Sequence record: SRR22947727_1903
Length of the DNA: 34,477 nt
Reading direction: 5' to 3' (one strand)
Under the pieces are notes generated by a model. It was not told where the DNA came from. It did no database searches and was given only the letters and a program-made list of their open reading frames with translations. Position 1 is the first letter of the stretch; every line of letters begins with the position of its first letter. The position numbers and the translations under genes are program-made. This document shows, in pieces, positions 9,766 through 19,625 of this stretch.

Positions 9766-10790
9766 TGTACGAGGCTTTATTCTCTGTGCTGAAGCGCCTC
9801 AACCCTGAATTTACGCATCACCTGGGAATGCTGGTCGTCCGCTTGGCGGGCTCTCCACTGGGAGCGTTGCTCCTTCGGCCAGAAAAGACTTTGTCTCCAG
9901 CGATGCGGGTGGAAACGTTGGGGTCAACGTTTGAGTCCCCCCTGGGGCTAGCCGCAGGTTTCGATAAGAATGCTGTGGGAATCAGAGGGTTCCACGCGTT
10001 GGGCTTTGGGCACGTGGAAGTGGGGACCGTTACCCCGAAGGCGCAGCCAGGAAACCCGCGTCCCCGTTTATTCCGCTTACCAGAGGACACTGCTCTCATC
10101 AATCGGATGGGGTTCAACAATGACGGTGTTGATGCGGTTGCTCGCCGCTTGAAAGCGCTCCGAGCTCGTGGAGGGTCACTTCCTGTTATCGGCGTCAATA
10201 TCGGCAAGAACAAGACCACGCCTCAGGAGAATGCCCTGGATGACTATGTGGCGTGCACTACAGCGCTTGCGCAGTATGCCGACTATCTGGTCGTGAACGT
10301 CAGTTCCCCCAACACCCCAGGTTTACGGGGCCTTCAAGAGCGCTCCTTCCTTGAGCCCATTTTGCGGGCTGTGCGTGACCACGCGGAGGACACCCCAGTG
10401 CTGGTAAAGATTGCTCCAGATCTGAGTGATGACGCTATCGCCGAAGTTGTCGATGTGGTGTGTGACCTAGGTCTCGCCGGGATTGTGGCAACGAATACAA
10501 CAATCTCTCGGGAGAGCTTGGCGACACCGGTTGACGTTGTGGCCCGAATGGGGGAGGGAGGGCTGTCGGGAGCGCCGCTGGCTGCTCGCTCGGTGGATGT
10601 TCTCAGAATTGTTCGTCACACTCTGCCCCGCGAGTATTGCGTTATCAGCGTTGGCGGAGTGATAAGCGGCGATGATGCCCAGAGGCTGCTGGACAACGGG
10701 GCGACCCTGATTCAGGCGTACACCGGTTTTGTGTATCGCGGACCGTTCTTTGCTCGAAAGGTACTCGAAGAAATGGGCGGTCTTCGCTAG
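9765..10790 (+). CDS. pyrD: Quinone-dependent dihydroorotate dehydrogenase (class 2)
   Basis: GLAAGFDKN, INRMGFNN, NIGKNK, NVSSPNTPGLR, KIAPD, GGLSG; TGATG-coupled to nrdR. Confidence 0.97.
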   Translation: MYEALFSVLKRLNPEFTHHLGMLVVRLAGSPLGALLLRPEKTLSPAMRVETLGSTFESPLGLAAGFDKNAVGIRGFHALGFGHVEVGTVTPKAQPGNPRPRLFRLPEDTALINRMGFNNDGVDAVARRLKALRARGGSLPVIGVNIGKNKTTPQENALDDYVACTTALAQYADYLVVNVSSPNTPGLRGLQERSFLEPILRAVRDHAEDTPVLVKIAPDLSDDAIAEVVDVVCDLGLAGIVATNTTISRESLATPVDVVARMGEGGLSGAPLAARSVDVLRIVRHTLPREYCVISVGGVISGDDAQRLLDNGATLIQAYTGFVYRGPFFARKVLEEMGGLR

Positions 10791-11329
10791 CTCGGTTTTT
10801 CGCCCCGCTTCACCTGAGCTTTGGGCAGTCGAAGACCACGCATTTGAAGGGCTCGCATCGCTGCGTACCAGCGGACCCCGTTTTCCACTTTCTCTTCTCC
10901 ATACTTTGCTCGGAGACCCTTGCGAACACCGGCCCCCACGACGAACGCGTCGATGATGGTGATCAAGAAAAAGGCCCACAGCACGACGATGGCAATGAAC
11001 TGTGCCTGCAAAGAGGGGAGGAAGGTCGCAATAATCACAGCAAACATGATGGGAATCAGGAACTCACCGAAATTCCAGCGCGCGTCGACGTAGTCTCGCA
11101 CCCACTTTTTCTGTGGCCCTTTGTCTCGCAGAGGGAGGAATTTCTCCTCGCCATTGGCCAAGCCAAGACGGGCGCGTTCCCGTTCTTTCGCCATTCGAGC
11201 CCGTGCTTCCTTACGGTTGTTCGAGACGAGGGGTCTCTTGAGTTCGGCTTCGCGATCTTTGCGCCGCGGGGTGGGGCGCCCTTTACCCGAGGCTTCAGCC
11301 CCATCGGCCTGCGAAAGTTCTTGTGCCAC
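10787..11329 (-). CDS. DUF3043 family actinobacterial membrane protein
   Basis: GKGRPTPRRK, LPLRDKGPQKKWVRDYVDAR, two hydrophobic segments, YAAMRALQMRGLRLPK; AGGAG RBS. Confidence 0.88.
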   Translation of the reverse strand: MAQELSQADGAEASGKGRPTPRRKDREAELKRPLVSNNRKEARARMAKERERARLGLANGEEKFLPLRDKGPQKKWVRDYVDARWNFGEFLIPIMFAVIIATFLPSLQAQFIAIVVLWAFFLITIIDAFVVGAGVRKGLRAKYGEEKVENGVRWYAAMRALQMRGLRLPKAQVKRGEKPS

Positions 11330-11456
11330 GTGTGCCTCTCCTGCAACGAACGGTGTTCCACCAGATTAGCGGGAGATGGTGAAACGTTTCCCAGTGCTGT
11401 TCCAGCCAGCGACGAGGTGCGGGAGCTACACTGGAGGTCCGAGAAAGGACCCCACC

Positions 11457-11804
11457 ATGTCAGAGACTCTGAATCAGACACACGCCGTATCGCTCACTGA
11501 TCAGGCAGCCACGAAGGTCCGTAATCTCCTTGACCAAGAGGGTCGCGATGACTTGCGTTTGCGCGTGGCCGTTCAGCCTGGCGGATGCTCTGGATTGATT
11601 TATCAGTTGTTCTTTGACGAGCGTCTGATGGAAGACGACCTTGTCCGTGAATTTTCGGGTGTCGAGCTCGTGGTGGACAAAATGAGCTCCCCTTACCTCG
11701 AGGGCGCCACCGTCGACTTTGAGGACACCATCCAGAAGCAGGGTTTCACGATTGACAATCCCAATGCTCAAGGTAGCTGTGCCTGTGGAGACAGCTTCTC
11801 CTAA
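11457..11804 (+). CDS. erpA: HesB/IscA/ErpA family A-type iron-sulfur carrier
   Basis: LRVAVQPGGCSG and C-terminal NPNAQGSCACGDSF; start ATG 11457 with GAAAGGA RBS. Confidence 0.93.
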   Translation: MSETLNQTHAVSLTDQAATKVRNLLDQEGRDDLRLRVAVQPGGCSGLIYQLFFDERLMEDDLVREFSGVELVVDKMSSPYLEGATVDFEDTIQKQGFTIDNPNAQGSCACGDSFS

Positions 11805-11826
11805 ACCCTGAGAGAAAGCCCCAGAA

Positions 11827-11851
11827 CGCGCCTGTCTGAGAGAGGGGCGCG
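11827..11851 (+). terminator. Stem-loop between erpA and ctaC
   Basis: CGCGCC-TGTCT-GAG-AGAGG-GGCGCG imperfect inverted repeat, no U-tract; a TAGACT -10-like hexamer follows. Confidence 0.3.
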
Positions 11852-11907
11852 GAGGGAATGTCGTAGACTTGTCCTACAAACTTGGTCGACAAGGTGAAAG
11901 GTTTCCT

Positions 11908-12768
11908 GTGCGCCACACCCTCAAGCGCGGCCTCAAAGGCGCGTCTCTTCTCACTGTTTTGGCTGTTGTGTTGGCGGGGTGTACATCGCAGAGCGCTTTG
12001 GGTTGGTTGCCGACAGAGCGCGGGCTGACAAACCAGGTAGACCGCGTGATTGACCTCTGGGTTGTGTCATGGATTGTGTTGCTGGTGGTGGGTGTTATCA
12101 CGTGGTTGCTGATCATCTGGGCCTCCGTCGTGTACCGCCGCAGGCGGGGCCAAACAGGTCTGCCCGCGCAGCTGCGCTACAACATGCCGATTGAGACCTT
12201 CTACACGGTCGTTCCCCTCATTCTTGTGCTGGGCTTATTCGCTTTCACCGCACGTGATCAGACCATCATTGAGGCTCCCTTGGAGGAGCCAGATGTGTCG
12301 ATCGAGGTGTACGGAAAGCGCTGGGCGTGGGACTTCAACTATCTGAATGAGAACGTTTATCTCTCGGGTATTCAGGGGCAAGAGATTCCCGGTGGGGGAG
12401 TAGATTCGGAGCTTCTCCCCAAGCTCTACTTGCCCGTGGATCAGAAGGTCGAGATCAAGATTGAATCTCGTGACGTTATCCACTCTTTCTGGGTCATCGA
12501 CTTCTTGTACAAGAAGGACATGATTCCTGCACGGACCAACTACTGGTACTTCATTCCTCAGGAAGAGGGTGTCTTCCGCGGCAAGTGTGCGGAACTGTGT
12601 GGTGAATATCACTCCCTGATGCTCTTTGAGGTGCATGTTGTGTCAGAGCAGGAATACAACCAACAGATTCAAGCGCTCCGCGCTCAAGGCAATGTGGGAC
12701 GCCTGGGGGCTGAGGCAAACGTGTTACAAAATCTTCCCGGTACCGACGCATTCAGTGAGAGCGAGTAG
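11908..12768 (+). CDS. ctaC: Cytochrome c oxidase (aa3) subunit II, lipoprotein
   Basis: Lipobox VLAG-C, two TM helices, DVIHSFW, CuA motif CAELCGEYHSLM. Start GTG 11908 after GAAAGG. Confidence 0.96.
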   Translation: MRHTLKRGLKGASLLTVLAVVLAGCTSQSALGWLPTERGLTNQVDRVIDLWVVSWIVLLVVGVITWLLIIWASVVYRRRRGQTGLPAQLRYNMPIETFYTVVPLILVLGLFAFTARDQTIIEAPLEEPDVSIEVYGKRWAWDFNYLNENVYLSGIQGQEIPGGGVDSELLPKLYLPVDQKVEIKIESRDVIHSFWVIDFLYKKDMIPARTNYWYFIPQEEGVFRGKCAELCGEYHSLMLFEVHVVSEQEYNQQIQALRAQGNVGRLGAEANVLQNLPGTDAFSESE

Positions 12769-12774
12769 AAGCAG

Positions 12775-14484
12775 ATGACAACCACAGCTCCCCGTCCCTC
12801 TGTCACAGAGACTCCTCAGGGCTTCTCTAACGCCAGCGTTGCGCGCAAAGGTAACGTCTTTGTCGACTGGGTGACCACGACAGATCACAAAAAGATTGGG
12901 TATCTCTACCTCATTACGTCGTTCCTCTACTTCTTGCTCGGTGGCGTTATGGCGCTCGTGATCCGTGCGCAGTTGTTTGCTCCGGGATTGGAAATTGTCG
13001 CCACTAAGGAGCAGTACAACCAGCTCTTCACTATGCACGGCACGATTATGTTGCTGATGTTCGCGACCCCGTTGTTTGCTGGTTTCGCAAACGTCCTGAT
13101 GCCGCTCCAGATTGGCGCCCCTGACGTCGCATTCCCGCGCCTTAACGCCTTGGCCTATTGGTTCTTTAGCTTTGGGTCGCTGATTGCCGTCTCGGGATTC
13201 CTGACCCCGCAGGGGGCAGCCTCGTTTGGGTGGTTTGCCTACACACCGCTGTCGAGCCAGACCTTCTCGCCTGGTCTCGGAGGGAATCTCTGGGTGTTCG
13301 GGCTGGGTTTGAGCGGTTTTGGAACCATCCTCGGTGCGGTGAACTTCATCACCACCATCATCACGATGCGCGTTCCCGGTATGACGATGTGGCGTATGCC
13401 CATCTTCACCTGGAACACTCTAGTTACCTCGATCCTGGTGTTGCTGGCGTTCCCCGTGTTGGCCGCGGCCATGCTCGCCTTGGGCTCTGACCGAGTCTTT
13501 GGCTCCCATGTGTATGACGCCGCCAACGGTGGTGCGATTCTGTGGCAGCACCTGTTCTGGTTCTTCGGTCACCCTGAGGTGTACATCATTGCGCTGCCGT
13601 TCTTCGGAATTGTGTCTGAAATCTTCCCGGTGTTTAGCCGTAAGCCCATCTTCGGGTACAAGACCCTGGTCTACGCGACAATTGCCATTGCTGCGCTCTC
13701 GATGACTGTGTGGGCTCACCACATGTATGTCACGGGTTCGGTCTTGCTTCCGTTCTTCGCGCTCATGACAATGTTGATTGCAGTTCCGACCGGTGTGAAG
13801 ATTTTCAACTGGATCGGAACAATGTGGCGTGGTTCTGTGACCTTTGAAACACCTATCGTCTTTGCGCTGGGATTCCTGATCTCCTTCGTCTTTGGTGGTT
13901 TGACCGGAGTGATTCTGGCTTCACCTCCACTGGACTTCCACGTCTCGGATAGCTACTTCGTGGTGGCCCACTTCCACTACGTCGTGTTTGGAACTGTCGT
14001 GTTCGCTATGTTCGCTGGCTTCTACTTCTGGTGGCCCAAGTTCACCGGGAAGATGTTGAACGAGTCTCTTGGACACGTCCACTTCTGGATCCTCTTCGTG
14101 GGCTTCCACATGACGTTCCTGATCCAGCACTGGCTGGGAGTCATGGGTATGCCTCGCCGCTACGCCACCTACTTGCCAGAAGATGGGTTCACCTGGATGA
14201 ACCAGCTCTCGACCGTGGGTTCGGTGCTGCTTGCACTCTCGATGATTCCGTTCTTCTTGAACGTGTACCTGACAGCTCGTAACGGACAGAAGGTCACCGT
14301 CAATGACCCGTGGGGTTACGGTCGGTCGCTGGAGTGGGCGACGTCATGTCCCCCTCCTCGCCACAACTTCACATCAATCCCTCGGATTCGTTCTGAGTCA
14401 CCAGCCTTCGATTTGAACCACCCCGAGGTTGACCTTCCTGCGGTTGAGGCAACCAAGAAGTCGCCCGCCAAGGCAGCACAGTAG
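12775..14484 (+). CDS. ctaD: Cytochrome c oxidase subunit I
   Basis: [43 protein letters not shown]. Confidence 0.98.
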   Translation: MTTTAPRPSVTETPQGFSNASVARKGNVFVDWVTTTDHKKIGYLYLITSFLYFLLGGVMALVIRAQLFAPGLEIVATKEQYNQLFTMHGTIMLLMFATPLFAGFANVLMPLQIGAPDVAFPRLNALAYWFFSFGSLIAVSGFLTPQGAASFGWFAYTPLSSQTFSPGLGGNLWVFGLGLSGFGTILGAVNFITTIITMRVPGMTMWRMPIFTWNTLVTSILVLLAFPVLAAAMLALGSDRVFGSHVYDAANGGAILWQHLFWFFGHPEVYIIALPFFGIVSEIFPVFSRKPIFGYKTLVYATIAIAALSMTVWAHHMYVTGSVLLPFFALMTMLIAVPTGVKIFNWIGTMWRGSVTFETPIVFALGFLISFVFGGLTGVILASPPLDFHVSDSYFVVAHFHYVVFGTVVFAMFAGFYFWWPKFTGKMLNESLGHVHFWILFVGFHMTFLIQHWLGVMGMPRRYATYLPEDGFTWMNQLSTVGSVLLALSMIPFFLNVYLTARNGQKVTVNDPWGYGRSLEWATSCPPPRHNFTSIPRIRSESPAFDLNHPEVDLPAVEATKKSPAKAAQ

Positions 14485-14497
14485 GAAACGAACAGCT

Positions 14498-14914
14498 ATG
14501 AAAACTAATATCGTCCTGATGTGGATTCTGACGGCCTACTTTTTTACCCTCGCCGCTGTGTACACAGTCTGGTCAGTCATCGACAAAGGCGCAGTGGAGT
14601 GGGTTGGCTCGCTGGCCATCGTTCTGAGTGGTGCGCTGACGGTTTTCATAGCGTTTTACCTCCAGGTTCAGCTCAAGAACCAGGGTGGTGAACTGCCAGA
14701 AGACCGTTTGGATGCAGAAGTTGACGACGGAGACCCGGAAATCGGCTTCTACAGCCCGTGGAGCTGGTGGCCCATCTTCCTGGCAGCTGGAGCCGCATTG
14801 GCCTTCTTGGGGCTTGCTGTGGGCTACTGGGTCTCGCTGTACGCAGTGCCGTTCGTCCTGATCGGAATAGTGGGCTGGACGTACGAGTACTACCGAGGAT
14901 ATTTTGCCCGCTAG
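14498..14914 (+). CDS. ctaF: Actinobacterial cytochrome c oxidase subunit IV
   Basis: Hydrophobic, LPEDR...GFYSPWSWWP, ends EYYRGYFAR; start ATG 14498. Confidence 0.93.
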   Translation: MKTNIVLMWILTAYFFTLAAVYTVWSVIDKGAVEWVGSLAIVLSGALTVFIAFYLQVQLKNQGGELPEDRLDAEVDDGDPEIGFYSPWSWWPIFLAAGAALAFLGLAVGYWVSLYAVPFVLIGIVGWTYEYYRGYFAR

Positions 14915-15341
14915 CACCCCGGTTATTCGGTTCGCTTCCGAAACCGATGGGCCTCGGATTTTGGAACTTGTCGGGCGACTTGGGCACGCTGTGCCGGTAG
15001 ATGCGAAAGCCTTTGCGCAGGCGTTCCCGGCGGTCCTCGCGGACCACCCTCGTTCTTTACTGCATGTTGCCGAGGTCGACGGTGTGGTGGCTGGTTACGC
15101 TCTCACCACCATCAACCCGCTCCTGTACACCAACGGTCCTTCGGCGCAACTGCAGGAGATTGTGGTGGATGAGGACATGCAGACGAGTGGTGTAGGGACG
15201 GCTCTTGCGCGAGCCGTCGAAAAAGCCTGCGAAGAGAGTGGTGTCACCCAGCTCACGGTCGCTTCACGCCGTGCCGGTGGCTTCTACGACAGGCTGGGGT
15301 ACACCCAGCAGGCTGAATATATGCGCCGACTCTTTACCTAA
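14904..15341 (+). CDS. GNAT family N-acetyltransferase
   Basis: VAEVDGVVAGY, acetyl-CoA motif A (VDEDMQTSGVGTAL), AGGFYDRLGY; TTG start overlaps the ctaF end. Confidence 0.88.
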   Translation: MPASTPVIRFASETDGPRILELVGRLGHAVPVDAKAFAQAFPAVLADHPRSLLHVAEVDGVVAGYALTTINPLLYTNGPSAQLQEIVVDEDMQTSGVGTALARAVEKACEESGVTQLTVASRRAGGFYDRLGYTQQAEYMRRLFT

Positions 15342-15397
15342 TCTGACCCCACACCGGCGGGGATGCGCCACGCAGAAAAGCTCTGCGCGACTGCGAA

Positions 15398-17011
15398 CTA
15401 GTGTTTGTTGGCGCCTTCGAGTTCTTTAGACTCAATCGGGAGCACCCGGTCCTCGAAGAACCAGCGGGACATTCCGGCCCTCAACCTGGTTCCCACGGTG
15501 ATCCGTCCCTCGTCATTGGGTCGCACGGTAAGGGGCTGGTACTCGTTGTAGTCCAGGAGTCTCCAGCGCTCATACTCGTCGAGCTGTTCGTGGACCTCGA
15601 CGTACTCGCCACCGGGAAGTCGCACGATACGTCCACTCTCATAACCGTGGAGCGCAATCTCACGATCCTTGCGCTGCAGCGCCAAGCAGGTTCGCTTCGT
15701 GATGATGAAGGCCAGAATCGGCCCCACAATGAGCAAGACCTGGAGAGTGTTGATGACACCTTCAATGGTCAACTTGAAGTGGGTAGCAATCAGGTCGGAG
15801 CTCGCCGCGGCCCAGAGCACGGCGTAGAAGACCATACCGACCGCGCCAATTGCGGTGCGAGTGGGCGCATTCCGGGGACGGTCAGCGATGTGGTGCTCAC
15901 GCTTGTCGCCCGTGACCCAGGCCTCAAAGAAGGGGTACAAGGCAATCGCAGCAATGAACACAATGAGAACCACGGTGGGCACAAGGATGTTCATCGACCA
16001 GGTAAAGCCGAAGAGGACAAATTCCCACCCCGGTGGAACCAGTCGCAGAGCTCCGTCTGCGAAGCCGATGTACCAGTCGGGTTGTGTACCCGCAGACACA
16101 GGGGAGGGGTCGTAGGGACCGTAGTTCCAAATCGGGTTGATGGTGAAGAGCGAGGCAATCAGCATGATCACACCAAAGACCAGGAAGAAGAATCCACCTG
16201 CTTTGGCAGCAAACACTGGCATGACGGGTGATCCCACGACGTTGTCGTTGGTGCGACCGGGGCCAGCGAACTGAGTGTGCTTGTTGACCACCAACAGCAC
16301 CATGTGAATCGCCAGGACGGCGATCAGAATCGCGGGAAGCAACATGATGTGCAGGACATACAGTCGCGGAATAACTTCCATGCCGGGGAACTCATCGCCG
16401 AAGAACAGGTAGGACATCCACACGCCCACGACGGGGAAGGCCTTGATCATGCCGTCAATGATGCGCAGACCGTTGCCCGAGAGCAGGTCGTCGGGGAGGC
16501 TATAGCCGGTGAAACCCTCTGCCATAGCGAGGACGAAGAGCAGGAAGCCCACAATCCAGTTCAACTCACGAGGCTTGCGGAATGCACCGGTAAAGAACAC
16601 CCGGAGCATATGCAACACAATCGAAGCCACAAACAGCAGTGCAGCCCAGTGGTGGACCTGCCTCATCAGCAGTCCGCCTCGGATGTCGAAGGACAAGTCA
16701 AGCGCTGTGTGATAGGCCACCGACATTTCGATGCCCTTCAGGGGGAGGTATGAGCCCTCATATTCCACGTGGCTCATCGAAGGGTCGAAGTAGAACGTCA
16801 GGAACGTTCCACTGATCAGGATGACGATGAACGAGTAGAGCGCAACTTCACCAAGCATGAAGGACCAGTGGTCGGGGAAGATCTTGCGACCGAGTGCTTT
16901 GACTGCGGTAGAAGCACTGGTGCGCTCATCGACGTAATTGGCTGCCCAATTAGTGAACCGCATGCCGCGGCCGACGTCAGCTTTCGGTGTGCTCTCTAGT
17001 GTTGTGCTCAC
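15398..17011 (-). CDS. qcrB: Cytochrome bcc complex cytochrome b subunit
   Basis: FPDHWSFMLGE, RQVHHWAA, LHMLRVFFTGAFRKPRELNW, TGYSLPDD, QPDWY. Confidence 0.97.
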   Translation of the reverse strand: MSTTLESTPKADVGRGMRFTNWAANYVDERTSASTAVKALGRKIFPDHWSFMLGEVALYSFIVILISGTFLTFYFDPSMSHVEYEGSYLPLKGIEMSVAYHTALDLSFDIRGGLLMRQVHHWAALLFVASIVLHMLRVFFTGAFRKPRELNWIVGFLLFVLAMAEGFTGYSLPDDLLSGNGLRIIDGMIKAFPVVGVWMSYLFFGDEFPGMEVIPRLYVLHIMLLPAILIAVLAIHMVLLVVNKHTQFAGPGRTNDNVVGSPVMPVFAAKAGGFFFLVFGVIMLIASLFTINPIWNYGPYDPSPVSAGTQPDWYIGFADGALRLVPPGWEFVLFGFTWSMNILVPTVVLIVFIAAIALYPFFEAWVTGDKREHHIADRPRNAPTRTAIGAVGMVFYAVLWAAASSDLIATHFKLTIEGVINTLQVLLIVGPILAFIITKRTCLALQRKDREIALHGYESGRIVRLPGGEYVEVHEQLDEYERWRLLDYNEYQPLTVRPNDEGRITVGTRLRAGMSRWFFEDRVLPIESKELEGANKH

Positions 17012-18066
17012 AGTTCACGCTCCCAGAAACTAGGTCCAACAGGTTCAGTGAAATCACTTCGTGCTACGAGGTATCCTTCCGCATCAATGGTGATAGGAAG
17101 CTGTGGAAGAGGCCGCGCCGCGGGTCCAAAGATAACTTCACAGTGATTTGCCACGTCAAACTCAGATTGGTGGCAGGGGCAGAGAAGATGGTGGGTCTGC
17201 TGCTCGTACAGAGCAACAGGGCATCCGACGTGGGTACAAATCTTGGAATACGCGACGATGCCCTGGTAGGACCATGAGGACTTCGCCGGATCTTCATTGA
17301 GCTCGTCAACGGGGAGGCGCATCAGCAAGACAGCAGCTTTTGCCTTTTCTTCGAGCTTGTGGTGCTCCAGGTCTTTCCATCCGTCGGGAACCACGTGGAA
17401 AGCCGAACCGATCGTCACCTCGGAAGCCTTAATGGGAACTCCGCTGGGGTCTCGAGTGAGGCGCACACCCTCCGCCCACATGGTTTGCTTCATCCGAGCA
17501 ATAGGGTCATCGGCGGGGGCTAGGTCGCGGAACAGTGCGACAGCGGGAATGGGGGCTGCCAGAAGAGCGCCAACCAGCGTGTTCCGTACCAGCGATCTGC
17601 GGGTGAACCCAGATTCTTTGTTGGCTTGCTGGAAGGTTTCTACTGCTGCTGCGCGAGCTTCTTCAGTGCCACGGGTGGGGTGACGTTCTTCTACGAGTTC
17701 GTGACCGTGCATCAGCGCCTTAGCCCACTGAACAGCTCCAATTCCGACACCAAGCAGGGCTGCGGAGAGTCCGAGGCCCACCATGAGGTTGTTGACACGA
17801 ACTGATGACATGTCCCCGGGGATGATGGGGAACACGACATACGCCACCGCCGCAAATACGCTTCCGACGATGGAGAGCAGGAAAAAGCCGGCGATACGCC
17901 GCTCCATGCCCTTCGCTTCTTTCTCGTCAAGATCCGTCACACGCTGGTGCTCAGGGGCTAGACCAGGGTTTTGGGGCGCACTGGAGCGCTCAACAGCGGT
18001 GCCGGGGTCCATGACTTCATCGTGACCCGAAGTCTCGATTCCTGAAGCTGGTGGCTTTTTCGCCAT
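17008..18066 (-). CDS. qcrA: Cytochrome bcc complex Rieske iron-sulfur subunit
   Basis: Rieske boxes CTHVGC and CPCHQS, GPAARPLP; three hydrophobic segments. Confidence 0.97.
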   Translation of the reverse strand: MAKKPPASGIETSGHDEVMDPGTAVERSSAPQNPGLAPEHQRVTDLDEKEAKGMERRIAGFFLLSIVGSVFAAVAYVVFPIIPGDMSSVRVNNLMVGLGLSAALLGVGIGAVQWAKALMHGHELVEERHPTRGTEEARAAAVETFQQANKESGFTRRSLVRNTLVGALLAAPIPAVALFRDLAPADDPIARMKQTMWAEGVRLTRDPSGVPIKASEVTIGSAFHVVPDGWKDLEHHKLEEKAKAAVLLMRLPVDELNEDPAKSSWSYQGIVAYSKICTHVGCPVALYEQQTHHLLCPCHQSEFDVANHCEVIFGPAARPLPQLPITIDAEGYLVARSDFTEPVGPSFWEREL

Positions 18067-18091
18067 TGTGCGATGTCCCTTTCTGTCCGGA

Positions 18092-18892
18092 CTAGTTAGA
18101 GCGAGCTGTCAGCCACACTGCGACGGCAATCAGGCCACCCAGGCCGATCAGCCAAATGAACAAACCTTCGGATACAGGACCCAAACTGCCGAGGGAGAAG
18201 CCACCGACCGACGGGTTCTCATCGAGGTACTTGAGATACGAGATGACGTCGTTCTTTTCCTCCGGTGTGAGGTTCATGTCGCTAAACACCGGCATATTCT
18301 GCGGACCGGTGACCATGGCGCCATAGATGTGGATGGGCTGAAGGTCGCGGAGGTGGGGAGCGTACTTGCCCTCAGTGAGCGCTCCACCCGCTCCGGCCAC
18401 GTTGTGGCACATTGCGCAGTTAATGCGGAAGAGCTCCGCTCCATTGGCAACATCGCCATCAGCAGCGTAATACTGGGGATCGGGCATTCCAGGCCCAGGC
18501 GCCAGGGTCGCAACCCAGGCTGCCATGGCATCAATCTGAGGCTGGGTGAACTGGACAGGCTTCACTTCCGCCTGCGGGCCTGAGGCCGCCATCGGCATAC
18601 GTCCGGTTCCGACCTGGAAGTCGACGGAGAGTGCTCCCACACCAATGAGTGTCGGTCCGGCGACAGTTCCCTCGGCGTTCAGGCCGTGGCAACTGGCACA
18701 GTTAGCGAGGAAGAGCTTCTCGCCCTCTTCGACGAGAGCCTCCTGGGACACGGGCGCATCTTGCGCGTGAGCGATTCCCGTGCTGGCTGCCGCGTATGCT
18801 CCACCAGTCACGAACAGACCAATGACCAGTAGGAGAGCACCCATCAGTGGGTGACGACGACCGGAGTGGCGAGGTGAGCGGGATGAGGCCAT
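18092..18892 (-). CDS. qcrC: Cytochrome bcc complex diheme cytochrome c subunit
   Basis: Two CxxCH motifs (CASCH, CAMCH), FQVGTGRMP, GPVSEGL. Start 18892 (ATG) or 18904. Confidence 0.96.
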   Translation of the reverse strand: MASSRSPRHSGRRHPLMGALLLVIGLFVTGGAYAAASTGIAHAQDAPVSQEALVEEGEKLFLANCASCHGLNAEGTVAGPTLIGVGALSVDFQVGTGRMPMAASGPQAEVKPVQFTQPQIDAMAAWVATLAPGPGMPDPQYYAADGDVANGAELFRINCAMCHNVAGAGGALTEGKYAPHLRDLQPIHIYGAMVTGPQNMPVFSDMNLTPEEKNDVISYLKYLDENPSVGGFSLGSLGPVSEGLFIWLIGLGGLIAVAVWLTARSN

Positions 18893-18921
18893 AGGAGAGC
18901 GCAACTACTTTCTTCTCTGTG

Positions 18922-19551
18922 TTATCTCAGGACGTAAATGACGAGGAACAGACCGATCCACACCACGTCAACGAAGTGCCAGTAATACGAAACCACAATG
19001 GCGCTCGTTGCCTCACGATGCGTGAAGTTCTTCACAGCGTATGCACGGCCGATTACCAGCAAAAACGCAATCAAACCGCCGGTCACGTGGAGTCCGTGGA
19101 AGCCAGTGGTGAGGAAGAAGGCAGAACCGTAGGCGTCAGAGGCCAAGGTTAGGCCCTCAGATACCAACACTGCGTACTCGTAGACCTGACCGGCCACGAA
19201 GATGGCGCCCATTGCATAGGTAAGGAAGAACCATTCGATCATGCCCCACTGGGTGGGCTTCCACCCGGTAGCGCGAGCTTGCAGACGCTCGGCAGCGAAC
19301 ACACCAAACTGAGCCGTCACACTGGAGAGCACGAGGATCGTGGTGTTGATGGCAGCAAAAGGTATGTCGAGCAGGGTGACCCTGGATTCCCACAATTCTG
19401 GGGATGTAGAGCGCAGGGTGAAGTAAATCGCAAACAAACCCGCGAAGAACATCACCTCGCTACCCAGCCAGACAATGGTGCCCACAGCAACGACGTTGGG
19501 TCGGTTCACTGTGGGCGCGGAAAGACCTGATGTCAGAGATGCGCTACTCAC
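18922..19551 (-). CDS. ctaE: Cytochrome c oxidase subunit III
   Basis: [33 protein letters not shown]. Confidence 0.97.
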   Translation of the reverse strand: MSSASLTSGLSAPTVNRPNVVAVGTIVWLGSEVMFFAGLFAIYFTLRSTSPELWESRVTLLDIPFAAINTTILVLSSVTAQFGVFAAERLQARATGWKPTQWGMIEWFFLTYAMGAIFVAGQVYEYAVLVSEGLTLASDAYGSAFFLTTGFHGLHVTGGLIAFLLVIGRAYAVKNFTHREATSAIVVSYYWHFVDVVWIGLFLVIYVLR

Positions 19552-19575
19552 CCCTCCATTATGCCTGATGTCAGA
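19526..19575. repeat. Direct 12-bp repeat CCTGATGTCAGA (palindromic core CTGA-N2-TCAG) at 19526-19537 and 19564-19575
   Basis: Two identical copies read directly from the sequence, flanking the ctaE start and its -10-like CATAAT. Confidence 0.8.
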
Positions 19576-19625
19576 CTGGGACTTTGCCCCACGACATGCC
19601 CGATTCGGCCGATAACATGGGCTCT

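Noticed and set aside
15401..16231. Long antisense/alternate-frame ORFs (e.g. 15401-16231, 5944-6642, 25448-26155, 10844-11500, 32578-33201)
   Set aside because: They overlap well-supported conserved genes, show no recognisable motifs, and are expected shadows in GC-rich DNA.
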